A stretch of DNA of 62,606 nt, the filler included. It is 9 parts of 9 records of this genome, joined end to end, with 100 filler letters (N's around TTAATTAATTAA, not from the genome) between each part and the next. Parts side by side here need not be neighbours in the genome. Positions count along the whole stretch, not along the records: positions 24,354 to 31,439 come from SRR31147125_88765; positions 31,540 to 38,463 come from SRR31147125_88990; positions 38,564 to 46,948 come from SRR31147125_89148; 6 more parts are not named here. One strand, given 5' to 3'. Below the pieces are notes generated by a model. It had not been told where the DNA came from. It did no database searches and saw only the letters and a program-made list of their open reading frames with translations. This document shows positions 28,620-38,666 of the stretch, piece by piece (within the stretch, counting starts at the first letter, position 1; each line of letters begins with the position of its first letter). The translations under genes and the position numbers were made by a program.

Positions 28620-30551
28620 CTATACTAATATCTCTTTATTCACCAACGTTTTATTTTGATTATTTATTTTATAGCTCCACCTAACAAGGCTAATTGTACC
28701 ATTTTCTATTTCAATAGCCGTTATTCCATTCTTTCTTACACAAGATCCTGAATTAAAATACGGTGGAAGTTCCACATTAGAAAATTCCGGCTTATGCGTA
28801 TGTCCAGCAACAACCATATGCTTGTTGGTCATTATCCATTCCGTTAATTTTCTTTCTACGGCTAATTTCTTTTTATAAACTTTAGCTGGTCTTGTAGGGT
28901 CTTCTATTCCTAAGTGCTCTAATGGTTTCCACAAATATCTCGACAAAAATCTTGCTAAGCCCCATAATTTATTGTTAAAAAAATCTACCTGGTGTCCGTG
29001 TAGTAAAAAGATATTACCTCCCGATTCTTCATGGTTTAATACTAATGCCTCATGCGCTTTTATGCCATCTAGTAAATTCCTATATCTATCTCCGCTTTCA
29101 TCATAGTACTCATACAGATTGTTTTCTAAATATTCTGGTCTTTGCTTTGCTTTGTCGTGGTTTCCATATATAAAATATAATCTATCCTTTTCATAGAACT
29201 TTTTAAATAGCAGGTATACATCAAAGTATGTCTCAACAACTTTAGTTAAATGTCTGTTTTCCCAAAGCTCATCGCCGTCACCTAACTCAATATAAGTAAA
29301 TTTATCTTTATAGTATTTCTTTAAAGCGTAAAGATACAGGTTTTTATTTTTCAAAAAGTCATCTGATCTGTCACCTACACCTCTGTGAACATCACTCATT
29401 ATTACAAATTTACTAGAATTATTAAAAGGTATTCTATTAGCATTATTAAAAATGCTTGTTAGTTTATCCATAGCATTATCATTTGAACCTCCCCCTAAAT
29501 ATTTTTTAATAATATCATGATTCCAGAAGATTTTATCATTTTTACCGATATTAATAATGTGCTTATATAATTCTGGTGCTTTTAATTTAACTGCATTTGT
29601 TTTTTCAGGCAATGTATCATATGGTGCTGTTATTTCAGTGTATATATCGCATAGTTTTTTGCTGTTTGATAAAATAATCTCATCAGTTCTATCTGTTCTA
29701 GTGGAAGGCTGTTTTGTTTTTGGTTTACTAAATTCTAAAGATACAGTATTCTCTTTTATATTTATTTCTTCTTTTAGATATCCTGTTTTTTTCAGCCCTC
29801 TTATAAATGCCTTTAGCATTACTTGATTTTTAAGAGTTATTTGTATTTCCATGGTTAAATCATCAGGACTTGCAAACTCACCTAGTTTAAACCCTGTCAG
29901 CCACCAATGTAAAGCTTTTCTTTTAAGCATTGTTTTACCATGTTTTCTTAAAATAAAGTTTAAAGGCATCATATCCTTGTCATTAGCACAATCATAAAAT
30001 ACACCTTTAAAAAGACCAGCAATCTTAATGTCTCTCTTTTGTGAAGTATATACCCCAACTTCTGCTCCTGAAGTTAAATCATACTGCCCTTTCCAAAATT
30101 CTATTAACCATTTTTTATCATCGAAATCAAAAAATATTGGCTCACTATCTACCACCATACCCAATGGAGATGCAGCTTCATCATATAGCCTACAGTATCC
30201 CATTTGTCTTTGCCATGTATCCATTTTTGAATAAAACATATCTTGTTTTTCATCATACGCATATCCTGCTGCAGCAATTGCTTTATCCAGTTTGTAATCA
30301 CCTGTTATATTTTGAATTTTGTGTTTAGCAAAAATTCTTTTTGCTGCTGCTATTATAGATGTTATCATCTTTGAAATATATGGAATAATATTATCTAAAT
30401 ATACTATAAATATTCCAAATAGTATAACTAATATGTAACCAATTCCCATTGAAATTATACTTGTCGTAGGTTTTTTGAAAATTGACATAACAAAATTAAT
30501 TATATTGGGCTTAGAAATGATTATAAAAAATCTATTTAATAACTCAAACAT
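28620..30551 (-). CDS. DUF4474-like domain fused to a calcineurin-like metallophosphoesterase
   Basis: WQRQMGYCRLYD, WLIEFWKGQY..GAEVGVY, HWWLTGFK; then SDVHRG, GDGDELWEN, GNHD, HGHQ, GHTH. Confidence 0.75.
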   Translation of the reverse strand: MFELLNRFFIIISKPNIINFVMSIFKKPTTSIISMGIGYILVILFGIFIVYLDNIIPYISKMITSIIAAAKRIFAKHKIQNITGDYKLDKAIAAAGYAYDEKQDMFYSKMDTWQRQMGYCRLYDEAASPLGMVVDSEPIFFDFDDKKWLIEFWKGQYDLTSGAEVGVYTSQKRDIKIAGLFKGVFYDCANDKDMMPLNFILRKHGKTMLKRKALHWWLTGFKLGEFASPDDLTMEIQITLKNQVMLKAFIRGLKKTGYLKEEINIKENTVSLEFSKPKTKQPSTRTDRTDEIILSNSKKLCDIYTEITAPYDTLPEKTNAVKLKAPELYKHIINIGKNDKIFWNHDIIKKYLGGGSNDNAMDKLTSIFNNANRIPFNNSSKFVIMSDVHRGVGDRSDDFLKNKNLYLYALKKYYKDKFTYIELGDGDELWENRHLTKVVETYFDVYLLFKKFYEKDRLYFIYGNHDKAKQRPEYLENNLYEYYDESGDRYRNLLDGIKAHEALVLNHEESGGNIFLLHGHQVDFFNNKLWGLARFLSRYLWKPLEHLGIEDPTRPAKVYKKKLAVERKLTEWIMTNKHMVVAGHTHKPEFSNVELPPYFNSGSCVRKNGITAIEIENGTISLVRWSYKINNQNKTLVNKEILV

Positions 30552-30613
30552 AAAACTTCTCCTATCACTAATACTTATATAATATTGCTAGAAGAGGAAT
30601 TGTGTTAAAATAT

Positions 30614-30646
30614 CAAAAAAGACTGCTTTCAAACAGTCCTTTTTTT
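30614..30646 (-). terminator. Terminator after the hypothetical gene
   Basis: aaaaaagactg-ctttcaaa-cagtccttttttt. Confidence 0.6.
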
Positions 30647-30668
30647 AATTCTAGATAATTTCTAACTA

Positions 30669-31439
30669 TCAATTACAACCACAGCCACAGTCCTCATCAT
30701 GGTGATGATCCCCATCGCAATCGCAGTCATCGCCGCATCCACAACTGTGATCATCTGTTAATGATGCTGGGATATTAAGTTTATCGACAGCTTCTTGTAT
30801 TGATTCTTCTGTGTTCTCTGGCGCTTTTACATCAGGGGTTAAGTTCCATACTTCAATGTGTTCTAGCATTTCTTCTGGATTAACCTTTACCAATGGACTT
30901 AAGGTTTCCACTTCCAACATAAAGTCATTTGTATATGTTTCAAAGCTTACATTATTATCTGGATAGTTTTCTCCTTCAAAGTGAGCATATCTTTTTACAA
31001 ATGCTTGACCATTATTAAAATATGCTGCCCATCCTTGATTGTTTGTTAAGCCTAGTTTGAATGCTGTATCTAATTTTACATCCTGACGAAGTGTAATGTA
31101 TTTATCTCCCCAATACACTCTATCATCATTCATCTTTGCATAAGGCCATAAGCTAATGCTTCTATTGTGCAATAAACCAGTATCATTTTGATTATTAGGT
31201 ATTACTTCAACTCCTCCTGCTGCCATAACAGAAATTGCCCACACTGAATATTCTATTGGCCAAACTCCTCTATTTGCAACTTGGTGAATAACAGCTGTCT
31301 CTGCTGTATCTTGAGACATAATAACTATTAGATTTTTTTGCAACCCTGATGCTTTTTCTATTTTACTTTCAATCAATACTCCATTTTCAATTGGAGTATA
31401 GTTTAGCTTGTAATTATCTGGTTCATATGTTCTTGAAAA
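30669..31439 (-). CDS. Conserved hypothetical protein (DUF4380-like, partial) with Cys/His/Asp-rich tail
   Basis: RTYEPDN, YPDNNVSFETY..LEVETLSP, HIEVW; C-terminal HSCGCGDDCDCDGDHHHDEDCGCGCN. Confidence 0.65.
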   Translation of the reverse strand, partial: FSRTYEPDNYKLNYTPIENGVLIESKIEKASGLQKNLIVIMSQDTAETAVIHQVANRGVWPIEYSVWAISVMAAGGVEVIPNNQNDTGLLHNRSISLWPYAKMNDDRVYWGDKYITLRQDVKLDTAFKLGLTNNQGWAAYFNNGQAFVKRYAHFEGENYPDNNVSFETYTNDFMLEVETLSPLVKVNPEEMLEHIEVWNLTPDVKAPENTEESIQEAVDKLNIPASLTDDHSCGCGDDCDCDGDHHHDEDCGCGCN

Positions 31440-31539
31440 NNNNNNNNNNNNNNNNNNNNNNNNNNNNNNNNNNNNNNNNNNNNTTAATTAATTAANNNNN
31501 NNNNNNNNNNNNNNNNNNNNNNNNNNNNNNNNNNNNNNN
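31440..31539. other. Artificial contig spacer
   Basis: N run plus TTAATTAATTAA. Confidence 0.99.
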
Positions 31540-32637
31540 GATGTGGACGGCAACAAATATATGGATTGCCTGTCTGCCTATTCAGCGGTCAACCAGGGCC
31601 ACTGTCATCCGAAAATCAGACAGGCCATGCTGGATCAGTCCGAGCGGATGACCCTCACTTCACGCGCCTTTAGAAACGATCAACTGCCCCTTCTTTATCG
31701 GGAACTGTGTGAGCTGACCCGTTCCCACAAGGTATTGCCCATGAATTCCGGTGCGGAAGCGGTGGAGACGGCTATCAAATGCGTTCGAAAATGGGGATAT
31801 GAGGCAAAGGGCGTCACTCCGGATCAGGCGGAAATCATTGTCTGTAACGACAACTTCCATGGCCGCACCCTGACCATTGTGGGATTCAGCACCGATGATA
31901 ACGCCAGAGAAAGTTTTGGTCCGTTTACACCGGGATTTGTTCACATTCCTTTCGGGGATGCCGATGCATTGGAGAAAGCCATAACCCCCAATACGGTGGC
32001 ATTCCTGGTGGAACCCATTCAGGGTGAAGCAGGTGTCATCATCCCCCCTGACGGATATCTGAAAAAAGTCAGGGAGCTTTGCACCAAAAACAATGTGATG
32101 TTGATTCTGGATGAGATTCAGACCGGTCTTGGTCGAACCGGAAAGCTTCTTGCAGAAGAGCATGAAGGCATCGAGGCAGACCTCACCCTCATCGGAAAAG
32201 CCCTTTCCGGCGGATTCTATCCGGTATCGGCGGTTCTTTCCAATGAGGCGGTGCTTGGATTGCTTCAGCCGGGTCAGCACGGCAGTACCTTTGGCGGTAA
32301 TCCCCTGGCATGCGCTGTTGCGCGTCAGGCCTTGAAAGTGTTGATCGAAGAGAAGATGATTGAAAATGCCGAATCCATGGGGAGATACTTCCTGGCCGAA
32401 CTTCGAAAGATCGACCATCCTTCCATCAAAGAGGTGAGAGGACGAGGGCTCATGATCGCTTTGGAATTGGTTGAAGGGACTGAGGGCGGGGCCCGCGCAA
32501 TCTGCGAAAAATTGATGCATCTGGGAATGCTTTGCAAAGAGACTCACACCTACACCATTCGTTTTGCCCCACCGCTGATTGTCACGAAAGAGGATATTGA
32601 CTGGGCTGTTGAGAAGGTGGAAAAAGCGTTCGCATGA
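31540..32637 (+). CDS. rocD: Ornithine--oxo-acid transaminase (5' truncated)
   Basis: [57 protein letters not shown]. Confidence 0.95.
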   Translation, partial: DVDGNKYMDCLSAYSAVNQGHCHPKIRQAMLDQSERMTLTSRAFRNDQLPLLYRELCELTRSHKVLPMNSGAEAVETAIKCVRKWGYEAKGVTPDQAEIIVCNDNFHGRTLTIVGFSTDDNARESFGPFTPGFVHIPFGDADALEKAITPNTVAFLVEPIQGEAGVIIPPDGYLKKVRELCTKNNVMLILDEIQTGLGRTGKLLAEEHEGIEADLTLIGKALSGGFYPVSAVLSNEAVLGLLQPGQHGSTFGGNPLACAVARQALKVLIEEKMIENAESMGRYFLAELRKIDHPSIKEVRGRGLMIALELVEGTEGGARAICEKLMHLGMLCKETHTYTIRFAPPLIVTKEDIDWAVEKVEKAFA

Positions 32638-32682
32638 TATTCGTGTTTCCCTCTGACTGAAAAAACGAAAGTAAAACAGTAT

Positions 32683-32710
32683 GTGCCCTTTCCCAATTTT
32701 GAAAGGGCGC
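32683..32710 (+). terminator. Hairpin after rocD
   Basis: gtgccctttc...gaaagggcgc. Confidence 0.5.
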
Positions 32711-32761
32711 GTTCAATCATGGTCAAGCTTTATACCCATCCTGAAGCAGTTTACGAAATAA

Positions 32762-32876
32762 TTGAGGGGTCATTCCAAAACCGCCCATTTTTGTAAGAAC
32801 AAACCTCTGTGGTTTCGTAGGTGCATGCACCAGATCTGTCCCTACAATATGGACGGTGTTGAAATCATCCCCTCAA
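32762..32876. repeat. 115-bp element bounded by about 40-bp imperfect inverted repeats (REPIN/MITE-like)
   Basis: ttgaggggtcattccaaaaccgcccatttttgtaagaaca versus reverse complement of tgtccctacaatatggacggtgttgaaatcatcccctcaa. Confidence 0.6.
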
Positions 32877-33029
32877 ACTGTTTTGAAACCCGTTTTTTAA
32901 ATTCGCTCCGACACTCATTGCAACTGTCGAGGTTAGCTGCTTTATCACCAAACGAGTTTTACTTCTTTGTTTCTTGGCGTATTTACCGGTGGATTGGTTC
33001 TATCTTAAATAATGGAGATTTGTCTAATT

Positions 33030-34539
33030 ATGTTGGAAAGTATCGTAAATGCAATTGTCGGCTTAATCTGGTGTGACTGGTTAATCATTTTTCTTCTGGC
33101 ATCCGGGGTAATTTATTCCGTATTGCTTCGCTTTTTTCAGATCAGGCTCATTAAGGATATGGTACGATTGCTGATTAACGAAGGAAGTTCTCAAAGAGGG
33201 GTCTCCCCTTTCAGGCGTTGGCGATGTCCATCTCTTTGCGTGTCGGTGTCGGAAATATCGCCGGTGTGGCAACGGCAATCGGATTTGGAGGGCCGGGTGC
33301 GATTTTTTGGATGTGGACGTTGGCCTTCTTGGGGGCCAGCACCTCTTTCATCGAATGTACCATGGCTCAGGCATACAAGAAAAATGTCGATGGCGAATAT
33401 CGAAGCGGACCGGCATTCTATATGGAACACGGTATCGGATCCAAGATTTGGGGATTGATTTTTGCCGGCTGTTGTATATTTGTATATGGTATCACCGCAC
33501 CGGGCGTTCAATCCAACGCCATCTCCGCCTCTTTGAACGAGACGTTCAATATCAGCCCGATCATCAGCGGTATTCTGCTTACAGCGGTATTGGCGTTCAT
33601 CATCTTCGGCGGTGTCAAAAGAATCGCAAAAGTATCTGAGGTGGTGGTGCCGGCCATGGCTTTGATTTACATTGCCATGGCTGTCATCATTATCGGTCTG
33701 AATTTCAGCGCGATTCCTTCCGTATTGACACTTATTCTGAAAAGTGCATTCGGGATGGATGCCGTATATGGCGGAATCATCGGTAGTGCGATTTCCTGGG
33801 GCGTCCGGCGGGGGATTTACTCCAACGAAGCCGGAATGGGAAGCGCCCCCCATATTGCCGGGGCTGCAGAGGTGTCCCATCCTGCCAAACAGGGATTGGT
33901 ACAATCCTTTTCAGTTTACATCGATACGTTGCTGGTCTGCACGGCAACGGCTTTCATGATTCTATTCACCAATTCATACAATGTCGGTAACGATGCCGGC
34001 GGATTTCTCGTAGAAAATCTGGCAGGCGTCGAGGCGGGTCCGGTTTTTACCATCCGCGCCATTGAAACGGTATTTCAGAGCTTTGGCGGCGCATTTGTCT
34101 CCATAGCGGTTCTTTTCTTTGCATTCACCACCATTATGGCATTTTCCTACATTGGCGAAACCAACGTTGTCGATATCTGCAAACCCGGAGCCAGACGGTG
34201 GGCTGTTCCTCTTTTTAGGTGTGTGCTCCTGGTATCGACTTTTTCGGAACACTCCACACCCAGGCATTGGGATGGGCCATCGGTGACATCGGCGTGGGGG
34301 CCCTGGTCTGGATCAACCTAGCTGCTCTTGTCTTTTTGGCCAAACGCGCCATGATGATTCTCAAAGATTATGAAACCCAGAAAAAAGAAGGAAAAGATCC
34401 TGTTTTCGATCCCGAGCGTCTCGGGTTGACCCACATGGATCTTTGGATGGAAATCAAAAACAATTACCAAGTACGGAGCGGCGATGTGAAAATGAAAGAG
34501 GGCAAAGTTCGCAGTCACGGGGCCGGGGCGTCCGTCTGA
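33030..34539 (+). CDS. Alanine/glycine:cation symporter (AGCS) family transporter (two apparent frameshifts near 33210 and 34243)
   Basis: RVGVGNIAGVA..GGPGAIFWMW, RGIYSNEAGMGSAP, HPAKQG, DTLLVCT, FDP C-terminus. Confidence 0.9.
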
Positions 34540-34624
34540 ATTACGGGATATTTCTAAGATTGACCGTCATTGAAGATTGTGAGACGTTACAACATATTTG
34601 ATATTTTTCACTCAGGAGGTAAAA

Positions 34625-35560
34625 ATGAGTTCCAGGCACATTCAAGCACCAGCTGCCGTTGTCATGATCCGGCCTCATCGGTTTCATCCAAATCCCGAAA
34701 CTGCCGCGGACAATGCCTTTCAGCGAAGTCCCGAAGAGAGCCAATCATTGCGGCAGGTGTCAAAAACAGCCTATGACGAAGTGACGACGGTTGCCGAAAA
34801 ATTGGAGGAAGAGGGCGTCCGCGTCCATATTTTTGAAGACAGGGGGGAGAGGGAAACTCCGGACTCCGTATTTCCCAACAACTGGTTCTCCACCCATCAC
34901 GGCGGACATGTCGCCATCTATCCCATGTACTCTCCCAGTCGACGAAGGGAACGCCGCTACGCAATCATCGAGATGCTCAAGGCCGAATATAGGGTCCAGG
35001 ACATTATCGATTACTCCGCTTTGGAATTTGACGATATTTTCTTGGAGGGAACCGGTGCCATGGTGCTCGATCATATGGCACGGGTCGCTTACACTGCCAG
35101 ATCCAACAGAGCGGACGCCATTGCATTGGAGCGGTTTTGTACCCATTTCAACTTTGAGCCCATGGCCTTTGATACCGCAGATGAATCGGGGAATTCCATC
35201 TATCATACGAATGTCATGATGTGCGTGGCCACAGACTTTGCGATGGTGGGATTCGAAATGGTCAGTGATGAAGCCCGTAGAAAAGAGATCCGGGAGAGAT
35301 TGGCGGAGATGGGACGGAAGATTGTTTCCCTTGATTTCCATCAAATCAACAATTTTGCCGGAAACGCCATTGAACTGACCGGAAATAACGGCCGAATCCT
35401 TGCCATATCCAATCGGGCGGCGGCCGTTCTGACCGAAGATCAAAGAGAAACCATTGAAAAATCGGTTAAAATTGTCGAGTTGTCCGTCCCAACCATCGAA
35501 ATGGCAGGCGGATCTGTTCGTTGTATGTTGGCAGGCATCCACCTTGCCAGACGTTTTTGA
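34625..35560 (+). CDS. ctlX: Citrulline utilization hydrolase (amidinotransferase/pentein fold)
   Basis: MIRP, TPDSVFPNNWFSTH, LEGTGAMVLDH, YHTNVMM, GGSVRCM; RBS aggagg. Confidence 0.88.
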   Translation: MSSRHIQAPAAVVMIRPHRFHPNPETAADNAFQRSPEESQSLRQVSKTAYDEVTTVAEKLEEEGVRVHIFEDRGERETPDSVFPNNWFSTHHGGHVAIYPMYSPSRRRERRYAIIEMLKAEYRVQDIIDYSALEFDDIFLEGTGAMVLDHMARVAYTARSNRADAIALERFCTHFNFEPMAFDTADESGNSIYHTNVMMCVATDFAMVGFEMVSDEARRKEIRERLAEMGRKIVSLDFHQINNFAGNAIELTGNNGRILAISNRAAAVLTEDQRETIEKSVKIVELSVPTIEMAGGSVRCMLAGIHLARRF

Positions 35561-35630
35561 TCATGAAAGAGAAAAGAGTGTTGCGCTTTGAAGAAAGCTA
35601 TCGTTATTCAAACGGACACTCAAATTGATG

Positions 35631-35685
35631 GAAGGTAGCTGTCGGTTTGTAAGGAAGTATTCCATTCAAACCGACAGCTACCTTC
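35631..35685. repeat. Perfect 19-bp inverted repeat (REP-like hairpin)
   Basis: gaaggtagctgtcggtttg / caaaccgacagctaccttc with 17-nt loop. Confidence 0.85.
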
Positions 35686-35701
35686 ATGGGAATAAATAAG
35701 T

Positions 35702-37352
35702 ATGGACTGGAACAGAGTTGAAAAAGAAATCGACACCATTTTTTCCACCTATGTGACCACTCGAAGCTATACAGGTACCTTTCAGGAAAAAGAGGCGGAA
35801 ACGTTTCTGGCAAAGTGGTTTGAGGATCAAGACTATTTTCGAACCCATCCGAATTTCCGGGGAAAACATCCCCTCCCTGAAGATCCATTGGGTCGTCACG
35901 TCGTGTGGGGAATGGTTCGGGGAAGCGGGTCCGATACGGTGGTTTTAATCCATCACTACGATGTGGTGGATACCTCGGATTTCGGCGCAGTCGAACCTTG
36001 GGCACATCATCCGGATGAGATTCGCAACCGGCTTATGGAAAGCGGTATTTCCTTCGAGCCCGACGTTCAAAGAGATCTGACGGATCAGGATTGGATTTTC
36101 GGACGGGGGACTGCAGATATGAAAGCCGGAGGATCCATCCAGATGGCATTACTCAACGCCTTTACCCGAGAAGAAACCCTTTCAGGCAACATCCTGCTGT
36201 GTTGTCTGCCGGACGAAGAGAATCTGTCGGCAGGCATGCGGGCCGCTCTCACGCTTCTGGATGACCTGAAAAGCACTTACGACCTGAACTACAGATTGAT
36301 GATCGATTCGGAACCCCATGAGCGGGAAAACCCCGATACCGGCGTCATTTATGAAGGATCCGTGGGGAAATTGATGCCTTTCGTTTATGCCCGCGGGGTA
36401 TTGGCCCATACCGGCAGGATTTTCGAAGGACTCAATCCGATCCACCTGTTGTCGGAATTGGTGATTCGAACCGAATTGAACATGGATTTTTCCGAAGAGG
36501 TGGATGGAGAGGTTTTGCCGCCCCCTTCCTGGTTATATTTCAAGGACGGAAAAGAGGGGTACGATGTCTCCATTCCCATCCATGCAAGCGCTTACATGAA
36601 CACGTTGACGTTGGAACTCTCCCCAGACGAGGTTTTAGCGCAGTTGATTCAGTTGGCCGAGCAGGCTTTTGAAGTGGTTTTGGAGCGGGTCGACGCTTCC
36701 CATACCCTTTTTTGAAACAAAGGGGGATGCCGAAATCTTCCTTGCCATGGAAGCCCAGGGTATTGAGTTTTCTCAGCTGTATGACCAAGTTCATGCCGAC
36801 AACGGAAGCAAATTCGAATCTGCATTCAAAAATAAATTGACCGCCATCAAACAAGATATCGACACGGGGTCCCTCTCCCTCATGGAAGCAAGTTTTGCAA
36901 TGGTGGAATTCTGCCTTGCCGGTTGCGGCGACACCCATCCGGTTATGGTCGTCGGCCTCTCTCCGCCATACTATCCAAACGTCTGTAACGACCGGGTGGA
37001 AAACCTTGACCGGGACATCCGCGACCTTGTCCCTTGGATCAACCAATACACCCTGAAAAAGTGGAGGCAGCCCTATTCAAGCAGAAAGTATTTTACAGGG
37101 ATATCGGATTTGAGTTATGCATACCCTCCTGGGAATCAGAAAGATTTTGCCGGAATTGCCAAAAACATGCCCCTATGGGGACCGGCTTACACAATTCCCT
37201 TTGATGCCGTAAGCAGGATCCGTATGCCTTGTGTCAATATTGGTCCCTGGGGCAAGGATCTGCACAAATTCACGGAGCGGGTGAATAAAACAGATCTTTT
37301 TGAAAGGACGCCCAAGATTCTGTATCGAATCATTCGTCACCTTCTGAAATAA
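35702..37352 (+). CDS. RocB-like M20/M25/M40 metallohydrolase (apparent T-run indels near 36710 and 36770)
   Basis: HHYDVV, GRGTADMKAG, PDEENLSAGM, YEGSVGKLMP, GISDLSY, NIGPWGKDLHKFTERV. Confidence 0.8.
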
Positions 37353-37481
37353 AATGAGAAGGGGCCCCGAAGATTTACAGATCCATTGGGTTGGGTCAAA
37401 TTATTTTTGGAAAGGGCTTATTGTCAACGGAATTAGCCCTTTCATGGATATTACTTGAAAGTGAGATTAAAAGGAGTGATC

Positions 37482-38463
37482 ATGTCGAAAGAAAAAGTTG
37501 TTCTGGCTTATTCAGGTGGGCTGGACACCTCCGTCATCCTAAAATGGTTGCTGGAGCAGGATTATGAAGTTTACGCCTACATGGCCAATATCGGTCAGCA
37601 GGAAGATTTCGAAGCCGCTAGGGAAAAAGCGTTGAAAATCGGCGCTTCCGGTGTATTCATAGAAGATATGAAAAAAGAATTTGTAACGGATTACATTTTT
37701 CCCGTTTACAAAGCCAATACCATTTATGAGGGGCGATATCTGCTCGGAACCGCCATTGCCAGACCCCTCATTGCCAAAAAGCAGATCGAGATTGCCAACT
37801 CCGTCGGGGCGGCCTATGTATCCCACGGAGCCACCGGAAAAGGAAACGATCAAGTTCGGTTTGAGCTCTCCTACTATGCGCTCAATCCCGAGATAAAAAT
37901 CATCGCTCCTTGGAAGAACAGAGAGTTCCTCGATGCATTTAAAGGGAGAACCGACTTGTTGGCCTATGCGGAAAAACACGGAATTCCCACCAAGCAGAGT
38001 GCATCCAAACCCTACAGCGAGGATGACAACCTGCTTCATATCTCACATGAAGCAGGCATCCTGGAAGATCCGGGTCACGAGTGCGAAGAAAGCATCTATT
38101 CCCATACCGTCTCTCCTGAAAAAGCGCCGGACACTCCCACCCGTATCAAGATCGAGTTCAAAAACGGAATTCCCGTCAAGGTGACCAACCTGGATGACGG
38201 TACGGAAAAAACAGATGCGTTGGAGCTGTTCGAATACTTGAACAAGCTGGGTAGTGAGAACGGTATCGGCCGCTTGGATATGGTGGAAAACCGATTTGTC
38301 GGCATCAAATCACGAGGTGTTTATGAAACACCCGGTGGAACGATTCTTCTCGAAGCCCACAAGGACATCGAGGGCATTGCCATGGATCGGGAAGTGATGC
38401 GACTCAGGGATATGCTGGCTGCCAAATTTGCAGAGCTCGTTTACAATGGGTTCTGGTTCAGCC
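37482..38463 (+). CDS. argG: Argininosuccinate synthase (3' truncated)
   Basis: [41 protein letters not shown]. Confidence 0.96.
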
Positions 38464-38563
38464 NNNNNNNNNNNNNNNNNNNNNNNNNNNNNNNNNNNNN
38501 NNNNNNNTTAATTAATTAANNNNNNNNNNNNNNNNNNNNNNNNNNNNNNNNNNNNNNNNNNNN
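38464..38563. other. Artificial contig spacer
   Basis: N run plus TTAATTAATTAA. Confidence 0.99.
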
Positions 38564-38666
38564 GGGGTGATTTTTAACTTTCTGGAATTATAAGTATAAT
38601 TGTTTATGTGGTTTAGATAGGGAGATTGTAGAACGTTGTATCCATTTTTCCTCTTGCACTGACACT

